Of a stretch of DNA of 64,000 nucleotides, positions 1-9,028 are shown in pieces. The notes beneath the pieces are model-generated. The model worked only from the letters and a program-made list of their open reading frames with translations. It was not told the origin of the DNA and made no database searches. A program made the position numbers and the translations under genes. The DNA lies in assembly GCA_013287985.1 (NCBI GenBank), contig JABDCT010000001.1, positions 86,989 through 150,988 on the forward strand. Reading direction: 5' to 3'. This stretch comes from Chlamydiota bacterium (GTDB lineage: Bacteria; Chlamydiota; Chlamydiia; Chlamydiales; Rhabdochlamydiaceae). Within the stretch, counting starts at the first letter, position 1, and each line of letters opens with the position of its first letter.

Positions 1-547
1 CCAGCAAGGCTTCTAAGAGGCGCATGTTGCGATAGGGCGCTTCGATGAAGAGCTGGACGGCTTTTTCGCGGCGCGAGCGCTGCTCCAGATTCAAGATCGT
101 CGTCTTTAGTTCATCAAGTGGGCGCGGCAGGTAGCCATGGAAAGCAAACCGCTGGGCACCCATCCCCGAGAGCTGCAGGGCGAGTATAATCGAAGAGGGG
201 CCGACGAGCGCTTGAACCGGAATTCCGCGCTTCTGGGCGCGTGCGACAAGCTCTGAACCGGGGTCTGCAAGACAGGGAAGCCCTCCATCGGAAATCACAC
301 CCCAGAGCTCGCCTTTTATCAGTGGCTTCATCAGTTCGTCCATCTCGTCGCGCGTGGTGTGTTCGGAGAGAACGCTGATCGGCATCATTCTAACATCACC
401 GGTGATGCGCTTGAGGTAGGCTCGACCGCCTTTTTCGCTCTCTGCAATGAGGCCTTGGAGGCTGGTAACCGTCTCGGCTAAATGAGCGGGAAGCAGGGCG
501 AGATCGCCCTCTTCAGCAAGAAGGTTGGGGAGTAAATATAATGTCAT
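1..547 (-). CDS. SAM-dependent methyltransferase, tetrapyrrole (corrin/porphyrin) methylase fold, RsmI-like; 3' end runs off the window
   Basis: The minus-strand frame is open from the ATG (cat at 545-547) to the window edge, so it is absent from the ORF track. My translation reads MTLYLLPNLLAEEGDLALLPAHL...WGVISDGGLPCLADPGSELV...LVGPSSIILALQLSG, which fits TP-methylase motifs. ATGA overlap with the holA stop. Confidence 0.6.
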   Translation of the reverse strand, partial: MTLYLLPNLLAEEGDLALLPAHLAETVTSLQGLIAESEKGGRAYLKRITGDVRMMPISVLSEHTTRDEMDELMKPLIKGELWGVISDGGLPCLADPGSELVARAQKRGIPVQALVGPSSIILALQLSGMGAQRFAFHGYLPRPLDELKTTILNLEQRSRREKAVQLFIEAPYRNMRLLEALL

Positions 548-1494
548 GTGGATTCCTGGAGTTGGGCACAGAAACGGTCGAAGAGCAGCTGGCCATCGGC
601 GAGGCTGCGCTTGGCAGACAGTTCCATTTCATAAAGAGCCGCTAAGGCGGCGATGTAGAAGCGCGGCGGTCTCGCGGGCGCTTTGGCACAATATTTGTCG
701 ACCACGCGGCCATGCACCTGCGGATAGAGGCGAGTGAAGGCTGCGCGCCCCTCCCCTCTTTCATAAAGCGATGAGATGGCGAGCGAGAGCTCTAGGACGT
801 AGCGGAGCTGTCCTATGAGGGGCAGCACCTCGGTCACGTTCACCGGTTTTTCGAGTCTTCCCCAGGCGAGGCTCTCTGCAAGCTGAAATCCGTGGACCTC
901 TTCGACCTGAGGAGTGCAGATCGCATCGATCGCAGCAGAAGTTATCTCATTTTCGGGACCGACAAAACAGATGAGCTTGTGCAGCTCCTGGTCGAGCTGG
1001 GCCATGTCGCTAAATCGCTCGAGGAGGCGGTCAGCCGCCGCGGGTTTAAGTGTTTTAGCTCGGCGGAGCAGCCAGCTTTTTAGGCGCTCTTTTCTCTCCC
1101 ATGGAGTCTCCTTTGACAGATCGAGAAGGATGATGTCGCGCTTATGGGCGAGATAGAGTTCGCTTGCAATCTTCTCCTGCTCGAGGCCGAGGAAGAGATG
1201 GCACTCTTTTGAGGGATTCTGAAGATAGGACTTGAGGAGAGGGGCTATTTCTTTTTTGGCTTCTGCAAGGAGGACAAAGCCCTTGTCGCCAAAGAGATTG
1301 GGAGCTGTGAGTAGGGCAAGCGCTTCTTCGGCGCTTTCGGTGCGCACAAGCGCTTGCGATGTGACGAGGCGGGCCGTATGCTCGAGCAGGATTTTGCGCT
1401 CTTCTAGCCGCGGATGAACGATTATGTAGAGAGGAGCCGGAATGCCTCCCTCTAAAAGATGCTTGTCAAACACATCTTGCTTCTGGAATTTCAT
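544..1494 (-). CDS. holA: DNA polymerase III delta subunit-like
   Basis: 316-aa ORF. The segment ...ETPWERKERLKSWLLRRAKTLKPAAADRLLERF..LDQELHKLICFVG..EITSAAIDAIC follows the delta-subunit domain II/III pattern. Confidence 0.6.
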   Translation of the reverse strand: MKFQKQDVFDKHLLEGGIPAPLYIIVHPRLEERKILLEHTARLVTSQALVRTESAEEALALLTAPNLFGDKGFVLLAEAKKEIAPLLKSYLQNPSKECHLFLGLEQEKIASELYLAHKRDIILLDLSKETPWERKERLKSWLLRRAKTLKPAAADRLLERFSDMAQLDQELHKLICFVGPENEITSAAIDAICTPQVEEVHGFQLAESLAWGRLEKPVNVTEVLPLIGQLRYVLELSLAISSLYERGEGRAAFTRLYPQVHGRVVDKYCAKAPARPPRFYIAALAALYEMELSAKRSLADGQLLFDRFCAQLQEST

Positions 1495-1605
1495 AATCTG
1501 AGTATACTCGATGGCCTAATGAGCTGTAACCCTATTTTTTCGCATTTAATACATGCTTTTTAAGTGAAAAACCTCTACAATGGCTTTTCAAAAGAAGAGG
1601 TTATT

Positions 1606-1920
1606 ATGGCCAAAGCAAAACCCAAAGCTCCTGCAAAGAAGCCGCCTGTTAAAAAAAAGACTGTAGTCGCAAAGCCTAAAAAAGCAGCTCCTGCGCCTAA
1701 GAAAAAGGCAGTTCCCCCACCTAAAAAAGCTCCTGCTCCTGCGCCTAAAAAAGCAGCGCCCTTGCCCCCTAAAAAAGCAGTGGCTCCGCCTCCTAAAAAG
1801 ACGCCGGCTCCTAAAAAGGCAGCTCCTCCTCCCCCACCTGCTCCCAAAAAAGTTTTACCTCCCGGTAGAGTTATAACTGCTGAGGGATGGAAAAGAATGC
1901 AACTCGGAGAGATGAAATAA
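1606..1920 (+). CDS. Lys/Pro/Ala-rich basic repeat protein (histone H1 / AlgP-like low complexity)
   Basis: ATG at 1606 preceded by aagaggt. Roughly ten [12 protein letters not shown] repeats are followed by a short non-repetitive tail, [18 protein letters not shown]. The stop overlaps the fabI ATG (TAATG). The GTG at 1564 used by the ORF track is less likely. Confidence 0.6.
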   Translation: MAKAKPKAPAKKPPVKKKTVVAKPKKAAPAPKKKAVPPPKKAPAPAPKKAAPLPPKKAVAPPPKKTPAPKKAAPPPPPAPKKVLPPGRVITAEGWKRMQLGEMK

Positions 1921-2843
1921 TGGATTTACGCGGAAAAAAAGCATTTGTTGCCGGTATCGGCGACGACCAGGGCTATGCCTGGCAGATCGCCAAAGAACTG
2001 CATGAAGCAGGCGCCGAAATTTACATTGGCTGCTGGACTCCCATTCTAAAAATTTTTACTCAATCTTGGGAGATGGGCAAGTTCGATGAGTCGCGCAAAA
2101 TGCGCAACGGCAAGATGTTCGAATACGCAGGCATCTACGCCCTCGATGCAGCATTTGACAAACCTGAAGACGTTCCCGCTGATATCCGTGAAAATAAGCG
2201 CTACCAAGGCGCCGGCGGATACACCGTTAGCGAAGTGGCTCAGGCCGTAGAGCGCGACTGTGGCAAGATCGACATCCTCGTCCACTCTCTGGCCAATGGC
2301 CCGGAAGTGAAGAAACCCCTTCTCGAGACCTCGCGCGCAGGATACCTCGCCGCGCTGAGCGCCTCTTCCTACTCTTTTGTGAGCATGATCGCCCACTTTG
2401 GTCCCATTATGACCGAGGGCGGCGCTGTTGTCTCTCTCACGTACATCGCCTCAGAACGCGCCATTCCAGGATACGGCGGCGGCATGAGCTCTGCGAAAGC
2501 GGCGCTTGAAAGCGATACGCGCACACTGGCTTTTGAAGCAGGACGCAGGTGGGGAATCCGCGTTAACGTGATCTCCGCCGGCCCTCTGCGCAGCAGAGCG
2601 GCGCGCGCCATCGGCTTTATCGACAAGATGATCAACTACTCGCTGGCTAACGCGCCTCTTCAGCGCGACATGGAAGCGGAAGATGTGGGCAAAGCCGCTC
2701 GCTTCCTCCTCTCTCCCGATGCAGCTGCAGTTACGGGTGCGACGCTGTATGTAGACAATGGGATGCATGCAATGGGAGTGGCAATTGACAGCCCTGCTTT
2801 TGCACCTGAAGCAGAAGTCGCAGAGAGCAAAGCGACTCTCTAG
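1920..2843 (+). CDS. fabI: Enoyl-[acyl-carrier-protein] reductase (NADH), FabI
   Basis: [21 protein letters not shown]... N-terminus, [21 protein letters not shown] (Y-x6-K region) and [11 protein letters not shown] are classic FabI/SDR motifs. Confidence 0.9.
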   Translation: MDLRGKKAFVAGIGDDQGYAWQIAKELHEAGAEIYIGCWTPILKIFTQSWEMGKFDESRKMRNGKMFEYAGIYALDAAFDKPEDVPADIRENKRYQGAGGYTVSEVAQAVERDCGKIDILVHSLANGPEVKKPLLETSRAGYLAALSASSYSFVSMIAHFGPIMTEGGAVVSLTYIASERAIPGYGGGMSSAKAALESDTRTLAFEAGRRWGIRVNVISAGPLRSRAARAIGFIDKMINYSLANAPLQRDMEAEDVGKAARFLLSPDAAAVTGATLYVDNGMHAMGVAIDSPAFAPEAEVAESKATL

Positions 2844-3942
2844 AGAGCGTTCTCACTACAATTTTCCAATCAAAGGCCTCATGTTTCATGGGGCCTTTGC
2901 ATGCAATCTGCCCGGGCCGGTTGCCGCGCATCAAGTGGCCAAAAAAGCGGCCCTCTCCTCGCCCATTGGTGAAAGAGAGTATAATGCGATACTCCCCTGA
3001 TACAATCTCCACATTTTGACCGAGCAGAAAGGTGTTCGACTTCTGGCCATCGACAAACAAGGTATTGTCGGGATGCAAATTGAGATAGAAAGCCACCTCA
3101 AAGGGATCCTCCGGGATATTCAGAGGCAGGGTAATTTCGAGCTCATCGCTCACCGAGAGATGGCGCTTTCCCAGCACTAGAGAATGATTCTGCCACGCCA
3201 ATACAAGCGGCCACTCTTCTTGCGGCGCCACTTTAAACCAGAGCTCCTCCTCTTCTTTAGCAGGAAGCTCTACGGGCTGGATCAGTGCTGCGGCCAGATG
3301 TAAAGGATGAGGCTTTGTGGTGCGGCGATTCATGAAGAGATCGAATAGCGTCAGTGCAAACTCTCCGCCGTCTTGTTGGGGTTTGGGATTCGGTCCGGTG
3401 TAGCAGCCGAGGCGCTGATTCCAGAGATCAAACGCTGAGTCAATAGGCTCTCCTGCCATTTGCAGCGTGATGAGCCACTCGCCCCATTCGTGTGGTGCTT
3501 TGGGCTCCATGCCCTCTAGTTTCTGCCTTTTGAGCGCGCGCAGGCGCTGCTCGGCCCATACCGGCAGCGGCCCTTCAAGCTGCAGGATGCGCCCCGTGAC
3601 TTCCTCCAGCTTACCTTTCAGCTCACCCAACACTGCGCAGTAGTCTTTAAGGATCCAGAAAAAGACGGTAGCAAGGCGCAGACCCATCAGCGAGTCTCTG
3701 CACAGAGGATATTCGTGCAAATAAACGGGAAAATTTCCGGCATTTTCAAAAGGCAGCAGCTTTTCGATGAGAGCTCTACCCTCGAGCACCGATTCGCTCA
3801 TGTGCGTGCGGAAGAGTGCGAGCGCAAAAAGAGCATTCTCATAGAGAGGAATCGTTTCCCCGCGTTCATCGCCCTCGTGGCAGTAGTGGACAAAGCCCGT
3901 CTGCCGGCTCTGCCAGAGGCGGCCGGTATTTAGTGATGACAT
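2731..3942 (-). CDS. Conserved hypothetical protein in the position of the chlamydial gene next to fabI
   Basis: 403-aa ORF with coding-like composition. It lies between the HAD gene and fabI. Its last ~37 codons are antisense to the fabI 3' end. Confidence 0.55.
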   Translation of the reverse strand: MSSLNTGRLWQSRQTGFVHYCHEGDERGETIPLYENALFALALFRTHMSESVLEGRALIEKLLPFENAGNFPVYLHEYPLCRDSLMGLRLATVFFWILKDYCAVLGELKGKLEEVTGRILQLEGPLPVWAEQRLRALKRQKLEGMEPKAPHEWGEWLITLQMAGEPIDSAFDLWNQRLGCYTGPNPKPQQDGGEFALTLFDLFMNRRTTKPHPLHLAAALIQPVELPAKEEEELWFKVAPQEEWPLVLAWQNHSLVLGKRHLSVSDELEITLPLNIPEDPFEVAFYLNLHPDNTLFVDGQKSNTFLLGQNVEIVSGEYRIILSFTNGRGEGRFFGHLMRGNRPGQIACKGPMKHEAFDWKIVVRTLSRESLCSLRLLLQVQKQGCQLPLPLHASHCLHTASHP

Positions 3943-4772
3943 GCATCCTCCAGAGCGTCGATGATTCCCATTTCACTTGCCGGCCGGGCGATCATGGTCG
4001 CTTCAGCCAGGAGCTCCTCTGGAGAATCTGCCATTGCAATGCGGATCTGCGCTTCTTTAAGCATAGGCAAGTCATTGCGATCATCGCCTGCAGCAATCAC
4101 TACGCGTGGAGAGAGGAGCTTCTTAAAAAAGGAGAGCGCACGGCCTTTCGTGGCAAGATCGCTTGTCACGAGCTGCAGGTAAAGTCTGGGGTCAACCGGG
4201 TCGTGGATCAGCGAAGAGGCTACGCCCTTTACTGCACGCAGCTGAGGCGTGAGGGTGTGCATCGCTTGCTCCTCACCGAAACATTTAATGAGAGGAAAGT
4301 GGCCTGTCTTAATACTGTCGAAATCTTCTAAGGGTTTCCACGCAGTCGGTGTGAGTGCTTGAAGCGTTTCTAAATAGGAATAGAGTGCAGGAGAGAAGCG
4401 CTTGGGGCGAAAGTAGCAGAAATCCCCCGTTTCAAAACCCGAATAGATGATGAAGTCCTCTTTCTGCCCCGCATAAGCCTTGTCGAGTGCAGGAATAAGC
4501 GCTCCAGGAAGGTAACAGCGATGGAGCAGCTTTTTGGAGGGCATCTCCATGATATCGGAGCCATTTTGCACAGCGAGCAGATAGGGAAAGTCGATCTGGT
4601 GGAGCAGGCTGGAGGCAAAAGAAAAAGTACGACCCGTAATGAGAGCAATGCGCCACCCATCGGCGACTAAGTAGCCCAAGTATGCTACCACCTGGTCGGG
4701 AAGCGAGGTGAGCTCGGTGGTGAGCGTTCCATCGATATCTAGGGCAATCAATCCTTTCATCCGAAAGATCAT
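3930..4772 (-). CDS. HAD-superfamily hydrolase, Cof-type (subfamily IIB) phosphatase
   Basis: Carries IALDIDGTLT (motif I), ITGR (motif II) and GDDRNDLPML (motif IV). The start could be 4772, 4760 or 4799. Confidence 0.8.
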   Translation of the reverse strand: MIFRMKGLIALDIDGTLTTELTSLPDQVVAYLGYLVADGWRIALITGRTFSFASSLLHQIDFPYLLAVQNGSDIMEMPSKKLLHRCYLPGALIPALDKAYAGQKEDFIIYSGFETGDFCYFRPKRFSPALYSYLETLQALTPTAWKPLEDFDSIKTGHFPLIKCFGEEQAMHTLTPQLRAVKGVASSLIHDPVDPRLYLQLVTSDLATKGRALSFFKKLLSPRVVIAAGDDRNDLPMLKEAQIRIAMADSPEELLAEATMIARPASEMGIIDALEDACHH

Positions 4773-4817
4773 ACCCGATTCTTGCAAAAAAAAGAACAAG
4801 ACCTCACACTCAAGATT

Positions 4818-5267
4818 ATGAATATCCTACTTATTTTTTTACTTACCTTTGTTGCTTCCTTAAACGCTGCAGATAAACCAGCTACACCTCCCCCGGTAGC
4901 GCAGGAGCAAGTCCAGGAAGGACCTGCTGTCCAGCCAGAGCAGCAGACAGCTACAACACCCGAATTTCCCACCGAGAACATAGAGCCGGTCTCCTATAAA
5001 GGCGCTTTTACAAAAATGATGCTGACGCTCCTTGCGCTCGTCGTTTTAATTGTCATTTCCGTCTGGATGCTGAAACGCATAGCACGTGGCCGTTTTTCCA
5101 ACCTGCAAACGGGCCGTTCGATCAAAATCGTCGAGCGACGTCCATTGAGCTCCAAATCAGTGCTCTATCTCGTTGAAGTCGGCAGCAAAAAAGTGCTGAT
5201 CGCCGAGTCTCAGCTTGAAGTGCGCAGAGTGGCTACGATCGACGAACTCCCGATGTCTGACGAATAA
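4818..5267 (+). CDS. FliO-family-like membrane protein (signal peptide, P/Q/E-rich linker, TM helix, FliO-like C-terminal module)
   Basis: MNILLIFLLTFVASLNA signal peptide. TM helix MMLTLLALVVLIVISVWMLKRI followed by SIKIVERRPLSSKSVLYLVEVGSKKVLIAESQ resembles the FliO consensus (TM, then lkv.e...l..k..l.lVeV.g...Llg). Confidence 0.5.
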   Translation: MNILLIFLLTFVASLNAADKPATPPPVAQEQVQEGPAVQPEQQTATTPEFPTENIEPVSYKGAFTKMMLTLLALVVLIVISVWMLKRIARGRFSNLQTGRSIKIVERRPLSSKSVLYLVEVGSKKVLIAESQLEVRRVATIDELPMSDE

Positions 5268-5280
5268 TTTTTATTTTTCA

Positions 5281-5342
5281 CCACAGAGATCACAGAGAAC
5301 ACAGAGAAAAATTTCTCCCTTTTTTCTCTGTGATCTCTGTGG
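5281..5342 (+). terminator. Rho-independent terminator (perfect 19-bp stem)
   Basis: ccacagagatcacagagaa (5281-5299) pairs perfectly with ttctctgtgatctctgtgg (5324-5342). The T-rich tract ttgattttttttattttt follows. It sits between convergent genes. Confidence 0.75.
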
Positions 5343-5352
5343 TTGATTTTTT

Positions 5353-5703
5353 TTATTTTTCTCCGGCTAAGAGGAAAAAGCCGTAATCCTCGTCTTCCTC
5401 TTCGTCCGGAACAAGTTGTATCAAGTATTCCTCTATCACACAAAGAACAAAAAATGCCTCTCCGATCTTTTCAGACGCTGGCAGAACGAGAGCCATTTCC
5501 TTGAGCGCGCGGACACAGTGCAGCGCTTTATAGGCGAGTTCTTCTGAATCGACATCGCTGAATGCAAACTCAAGATCTTCCAGAGCGCTGTCATAATCTT
5601 CGAGAGTCCAGTGTGCCATGGCACGCGCTAAATGACGTTCGGTGGTGTCAGCATGTGCGCAAACAAATAAAGAAGAGAGAGCTAAGACGCATAATAATCG
5701 CAT
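5353..5703 (-). CDS. Small acidic secreted protein, unknown function
   Basis: MRLLCVLALSSLFVCAHA signal peptide from the ATG at 5703. The track's GTG start at 5721 lies inside the palindromic element. Confidence 0.5.
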   Translation of the reverse strand: MRLLCVLALSSLFVCAHADTTERHLARAMAHWTLEDYDSALEDLEFAFSDVDSEELAYKALHCVRALKEMALVLPASEKIGEAFFVLCVIEEYLIQLVPDEEEDEDYGFFLLAGEK

Positions 5704-5714
5704 GCCTTGCGACA

Positions 5715-5880
5715 ATACCACAACCTAATGAAAATTGTCCATTTGGACTGCGTCAAAGCCCCGCGATTGAGATTCTCGCAAAAGGGGTAGTATTACTGCA
5801 ATACAACCCCTTTTGTGAGAACTCAATCCCGGGAGCTTTCACGCACGTCCAAATGGACAATTTTCGTTAGGTTGTGGTAT
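5715..5880. repeat. 166-bp imperfect palindromic element (family A)
   Basis: The 34-nt outer arms, 5715-5748 and 5847-5880, are reverse complements with one mismatch. Pairing continues inward (tgcgtcaaagcc/ggagctttcacgca; attgagattctcgcaaaagggg/ccccttttgtgagaactcaat). The right arm supplies the last codons and the stop of the 5867..6577 gene. Confidence 0.8.
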
Positions 5881-6577
5881 ATACACGAACAAAGTGATTT
5901 TTTTCACCTTGAGCAGTCTGGATTTTTTCATCAACGTTTCCGCGTGGAAGCATGCAAGGGGCAAGGAAAAGCACGCGATCATCTACCACGAGTCTTTTCA
6001 AACTACGTGCAACCATATCCATCTGTATCGGCTTTTTTTCATGGTCTTTTCTATCGCTTATGAATTCTGCGCAGTCGCTATTTTTGTAACAGATTAAATC
6101 GCGATAAGTTGCATCTCCATGCCAGCTGGATTCGATTTTCCCAAATAATTCGCGTCCTTCTTGTGGCCTAACAAGCATGTACATACATGCTCCTTCGGCA
6201 GCCAAGAAATAAAAAGGAGTGCCTATAAAACTCCTAATAAATTCCTTTCCCTTAATATCTTTAATAGCTTGTTGCTGAAAGATACTTGAAACACAATTTG
6301 TAATGCTATAACCCAGTCTTACGAGAGCACCTAATTCCATCCCCATTGCATAAAAGGGGAGTGAAAAACACATCGCTACTGCCTTTCCCCTTATACCTTT
6401 AGGAGTGTCGTTTAGATAGAGGTCACCTGTATCTTGATTCTCAATAAAGCAGAATAGTGTAGTTTTCTGAGTGCTTTTATTCTCAACGAACTCACCCTCT
6501 TCGTCGACCTTTAAGAAAAAGCTGCGTCTCCAATTAGTGCCAAATGCATTTTGATTTGTTAGACTCAATCCCGTCAT
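5867..6577 (-). CDS. Membrane-associated protein, paralog 1 of a tandem pair (unknown family)
   Basis: 236 aa. Shares GxNWRR, FIENxxTGDLxLND, LPFYxxGM, WHxxATYRDxICYKN and FLAPCMxxRGNxDEKIQTxQGxKNHFVR blocks with the 6646..7392 ORF. Confidence 0.65.
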   Translation of the reverse strand: MTGLSLTNQNAFGTNWRRSFFLKVDEEGEFVENKSTQKTTLFCFIENQDTGDLYLNDTPKGIRGKAVAMCFSLPFYAMGMELGALVRLGYSITNCVSSIFQQQAIKDIKGKEFIRSFIGTPFYFLAAEGACMYMLVRPQEGRELFGKIESSWHGDATYRDLICYKNSDCAEFISDRKDHEKKPIQMDMVARSLKRLVVDDRVLFLAPCMLPRGNVDEKIQTAQGEKNHFVRVYTTT

Positions 6578-6645
6578 AAATCTTCTCTAGATATGGAAAT
6601 AATAATACTTTGTCAGAAATTTAACTTCTAGATATTAAAAATTCT

Positions 6646-7392
6646 TTATGCGCGAACAAAGTGATTTTTAACACCTTGAGAAGTTTGGATCTTCTCGTCG
6701 ATATTTCCGCGCTTCTGCATGCAAGGCGCAAGAAATAGGACGCGGCCGCCTAGGAATAGATTCCAGTTGTGCTTCCACCCTTCCCAAGTCACTTCATTAC
6801 TCTTCTCCTGGCAGTAGGGATTCTTATAGCAGATCACATCGCGATAGGTCGCATTATCATGCCACTTCGCTTCAATGCTCGCATAGAGCTCGCGCCCATC
6901 CAATGGACTAAACATCATGTAAATGCATGCCAGTGCAGCGCAGATAGCGAAAATGGGCGCACGCACAACGCGCCAGACAAGCTGGGCAGTTGCTAACGCG
7001 GCATCTGTGAGAACGCCTATAGGAGCGGTAATAAATTTAGTAGGGCTGAGTTCTGTAAATCCCTGCTTGATATCTTGGAAGAATTTTAGTGTCATATTGT
7101 ATATAGCCACACCCGCCTGAATATGAGCTGTCGCAATCATCCCGAGCGTGTAGAAAGGCAGCGCAAAAAACATGGCATACGACTTGAACATGATGTCCTT
7201 TCCCATGTCGTTGAGATGGAGATCGCCTGTGTGCAGATTCTCGATGAAAGTAAATTTTTGAGGCGTGCCCTTGCTATCCGCAACAACGTTCCCCGTTACA
7301 TCGACTTTATTAAAAACGGCGCGTCTCCAATTAGGACCTAGATCCACTTGGGTCGGGGCTTCAGTAAAAGCTAATGGCAAGCATGCTGACAT
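6646..7392 (-). CDS. Membrane-associated protein, paralog 2 of a tandem pair (unknown family)
   Basis: 248 aa. Collinear similarity to 5867..6577, and nucleotide similarity at the 3' ends. Two hydrophobic segments. Confidence 0.65.
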   Translation of the reverse strand: MSACLPLAFTEAPTQVDLGPNWRRAVFNKVDVTGNVVADSKGTPQKFTFIENLHTGDLHLNDMGKDIMFKSYAMFFALPFYTLGMIATAHIQAGVAIYNMTLKFFQDIKQGFTELSPTKFITAPIGVLTDAALATAQLVWRVVRAPIFAICAALACIYMMFSPLDGRELYASIEAKWHDNATYRDVICYKNPYCQEKSNEVTWEGWKHNWNLFLGGRVLFLAPCMQKRGNIDEKIQTSQGVKNHFVRA

Positions 7393-7450
7393 AATTTATC
7401 TCCAATAATAAAATATTATACTATTATTTATCAAAAATCTCAATCCTAAA

Positions 7451-7549
7451 TTATTTCTTGGCAAGAATCATCTGCGCAAGCAGCATCTTCTTTACTGTCA
7501 TCTGTTTAAGGAGGCGATGGATGCGTTTCTTCTTCTTAGGCTTAGACAT
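7451..7549 (-). CDS. Possible 32-aa basic small ORF downstream of floA
   Basis: [32 protein letters not shown]. The ATG overlaps the floA stop, and AGGAGG lies 5 nt upstream. That AGGAGG is also the floA EEE codons, so the match could be coincidental. Confidence 0.25.
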   Translation of the reverse strand: MSKPKKKKRIHRLLKQMTVKKMLLAQMILAKK

Positions 7550-8525
7550 TTGCTTCCTCCTCTTGTGCAAGGGCTACTCTCATCTCTGTATCGGCTTGGA
7601 GGTTCTTCAGGCGATAGTAGTCCATGATGCCCAAATTGCCTTTGGTAAATGCGCCGGCAATAGCGAGGGGGATCTGCGACTCTGCTTCGATCAGCTTAGC
7701 GCGCATGTCGACCATTTTGGCTTGGTTCTCTTGCTCGATAGCAACGGCTAGAGCACGACGCTCTTCCGCTTTTGCCTGAGCGATGCGTTTGTCCGATTCT
7801 GCGCGGTCAATCTGCAGGCGCGCACCGATATTCTCTCCGACGTTGAGTTCGGTGATGTCGATCGAGAGAATTTCAAATGCAGTCTGTGCATCGAGACCTT
7901 TGTCGAGCACGAGCTTGGAAATGTTGTGCGGGGCTTCTAGAACGTGTAGATGCGTGTCTGAAGCTCCAATCGAGTTGATGATCCCCTCTTCCACGCGTGC
8001 GACGATCGTCTCTTCTGTCGCGCCGCCGACAAGCTGCTGGAGGTTTGTGCGTACAGTCACACGTGCGCGGCATTTGAGCTGCACTCCATCTTTTGCAACC
8101 GCTGTGACAAACTCCCCATAGGATTTGCCGGGGCAGTCGATCACTTTGGGGTTAACTGAGGTCTTGACCGCTTCGAGGATGTTGCGTCCGGCGAGGTCGA
8201 TCGCTGTTGCTTGGCGCCAAGAGAGGACGATGTTTGCTTTGTCGGCAGCGATCATCGCGCCTACAACGTTTGTGACATGGCCACCTGCGAGATAGTGCGT
8301 TTCGAGGTCAGAGACAGTAACGTCTTTAATCCCCGCTTTGAAAAGCGTGATGCGCGCATTGACGATGACGCGAGGGGGGATTTTGCGCATGCTGATCCCG
8401 ATGATGTTGAAAAGCTTAATGGGCGTGCCGGAAACGTACGCTTGAAACCAGAGGCTGATGAACCTTCCAGCTGTGAGGGCTAAAATAGCCGCAGCACCGG
8501 CGAGCAGTAGAGTGACGTATAACAT
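7542..8525 (-). CDS. floA: Flotillin-like protein FloA (UPF0365/YqfA family)
   Basis: Near-collinear match to my recollection of B. subtilis FloA: ...[23 protein letters not shown]...[20 protein letters not shown]...[24 protein letters not shown]...IG....[24 protein letters not shown]...[17 protein letters not shown]... Confidence 0.92.
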   Translation of the reverse strand: MLYVTLLLAGAAAILALTAGRFISLWFQAYVSGTPIKLFNIIGISMRKIPPRVIVNARITLFKAGIKDVTVSDLETHYLAGGHVTNVVGAMIAADKANIVLSWRQATAIDLAGRNILEAVKTSVNPKVIDCPGKSYGEFVTAVAKDGVQLKCRARVTVRTNLQQLVGGATEETIVARVEEGIINSIGASDTHLHVLEAPHNISKLVLDKGLDAQTAFEILSIDITELNVGENIGARLQIDRAESDKRIAQAKAEERRALAVAIEQENQAKMVDMRAKLIEAESQIPLAIAGAFTKGNLGIMDYYRLKNLQADTEMRVALAQEEEANV

Positions 8526-8527
8526 TT

Positions 8528-9028
8528 TTAATTTCTCCTTACTATTAGGTGGGAGCCGCGATCAGCGGTTACGCGCACGCTGGCCCCCCGTTCTATAAAG
8601 CCTGCGTGAGCAACGGCTTGGTACTCTTTGCCTTCGATCTGGACATAACCAGAAGGGCGGAGATCGCTGAGCGCTTCTCCGGCTTTATCTATAAAGGCGG
8701 GATTTGACTCGGTGGAACTATAGCCTTCGAGGTCTTTTGACAAGTAAAAACTATTCTTTGGGGCGCTTCGGCGTATCTGCCAAAGAGCGAGTTTACACAC
8801 TCCTGCGGTCAAAAGCGCAGTGAGGGCAAGGTAGGCGAGATCCCATAGGATAGGGGTGCCGCCCGAGGCGAAAAACCACATGCCCACCGAGATGATAATC
8901 GCTCCGGCTACGCCAATGACGATTCCGGGGAGAAAAAACTCCAGGTAAATACAGACTAAACCGATTAAAGTGAAAATAAAGGCGAGAATCACGCCATCAA
9001 CGATACAGGAAAATCCCTCATTTTGCAA
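8528..9028 (-). CDS. nfeD: NfeD-family membrane protein (partner of FloA)
   Basis: Four hydrophobic helices plus a C-terminal OB-like tail, [47 protein letters not shown]. Immediately upstream of floA. Confidence 0.75.
   Translation of the reverse strand: MQNEGFSCIVDGVILAFIFTLIGLVCIYLEFFLPGIVIGVAGAIIISVGMWFFASGGTPILWDLAYLALTALLTAGVCKLALWQIRRSAPKNSFYLSKDLEGYSSTESNPAFIDKAGEALSDLRPSGYVQIEGKEYQAVAHAGFIERGASVRVTADRGSHLIVRRN

Noticed and set aside
1575-1847. 90-aa Gly/Ala-rich minus-strand ORF
   Set aside because: It is the exact antisense image of the Lys/Pro/Ala repeat (AAA/CCT/GCT codons read backwards). It has no RBS and no independent signal.
5281-5310. Triple 'cacagaga' repeat, considered as a micro-tandem repeat or CRISPR-like unit
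   Set aside because: There are only three short units and they form one arm and the loop of a single terminator hairpin. No spacer-repeat periodicity is present, and no CRISPR array exists anywhere in the window.
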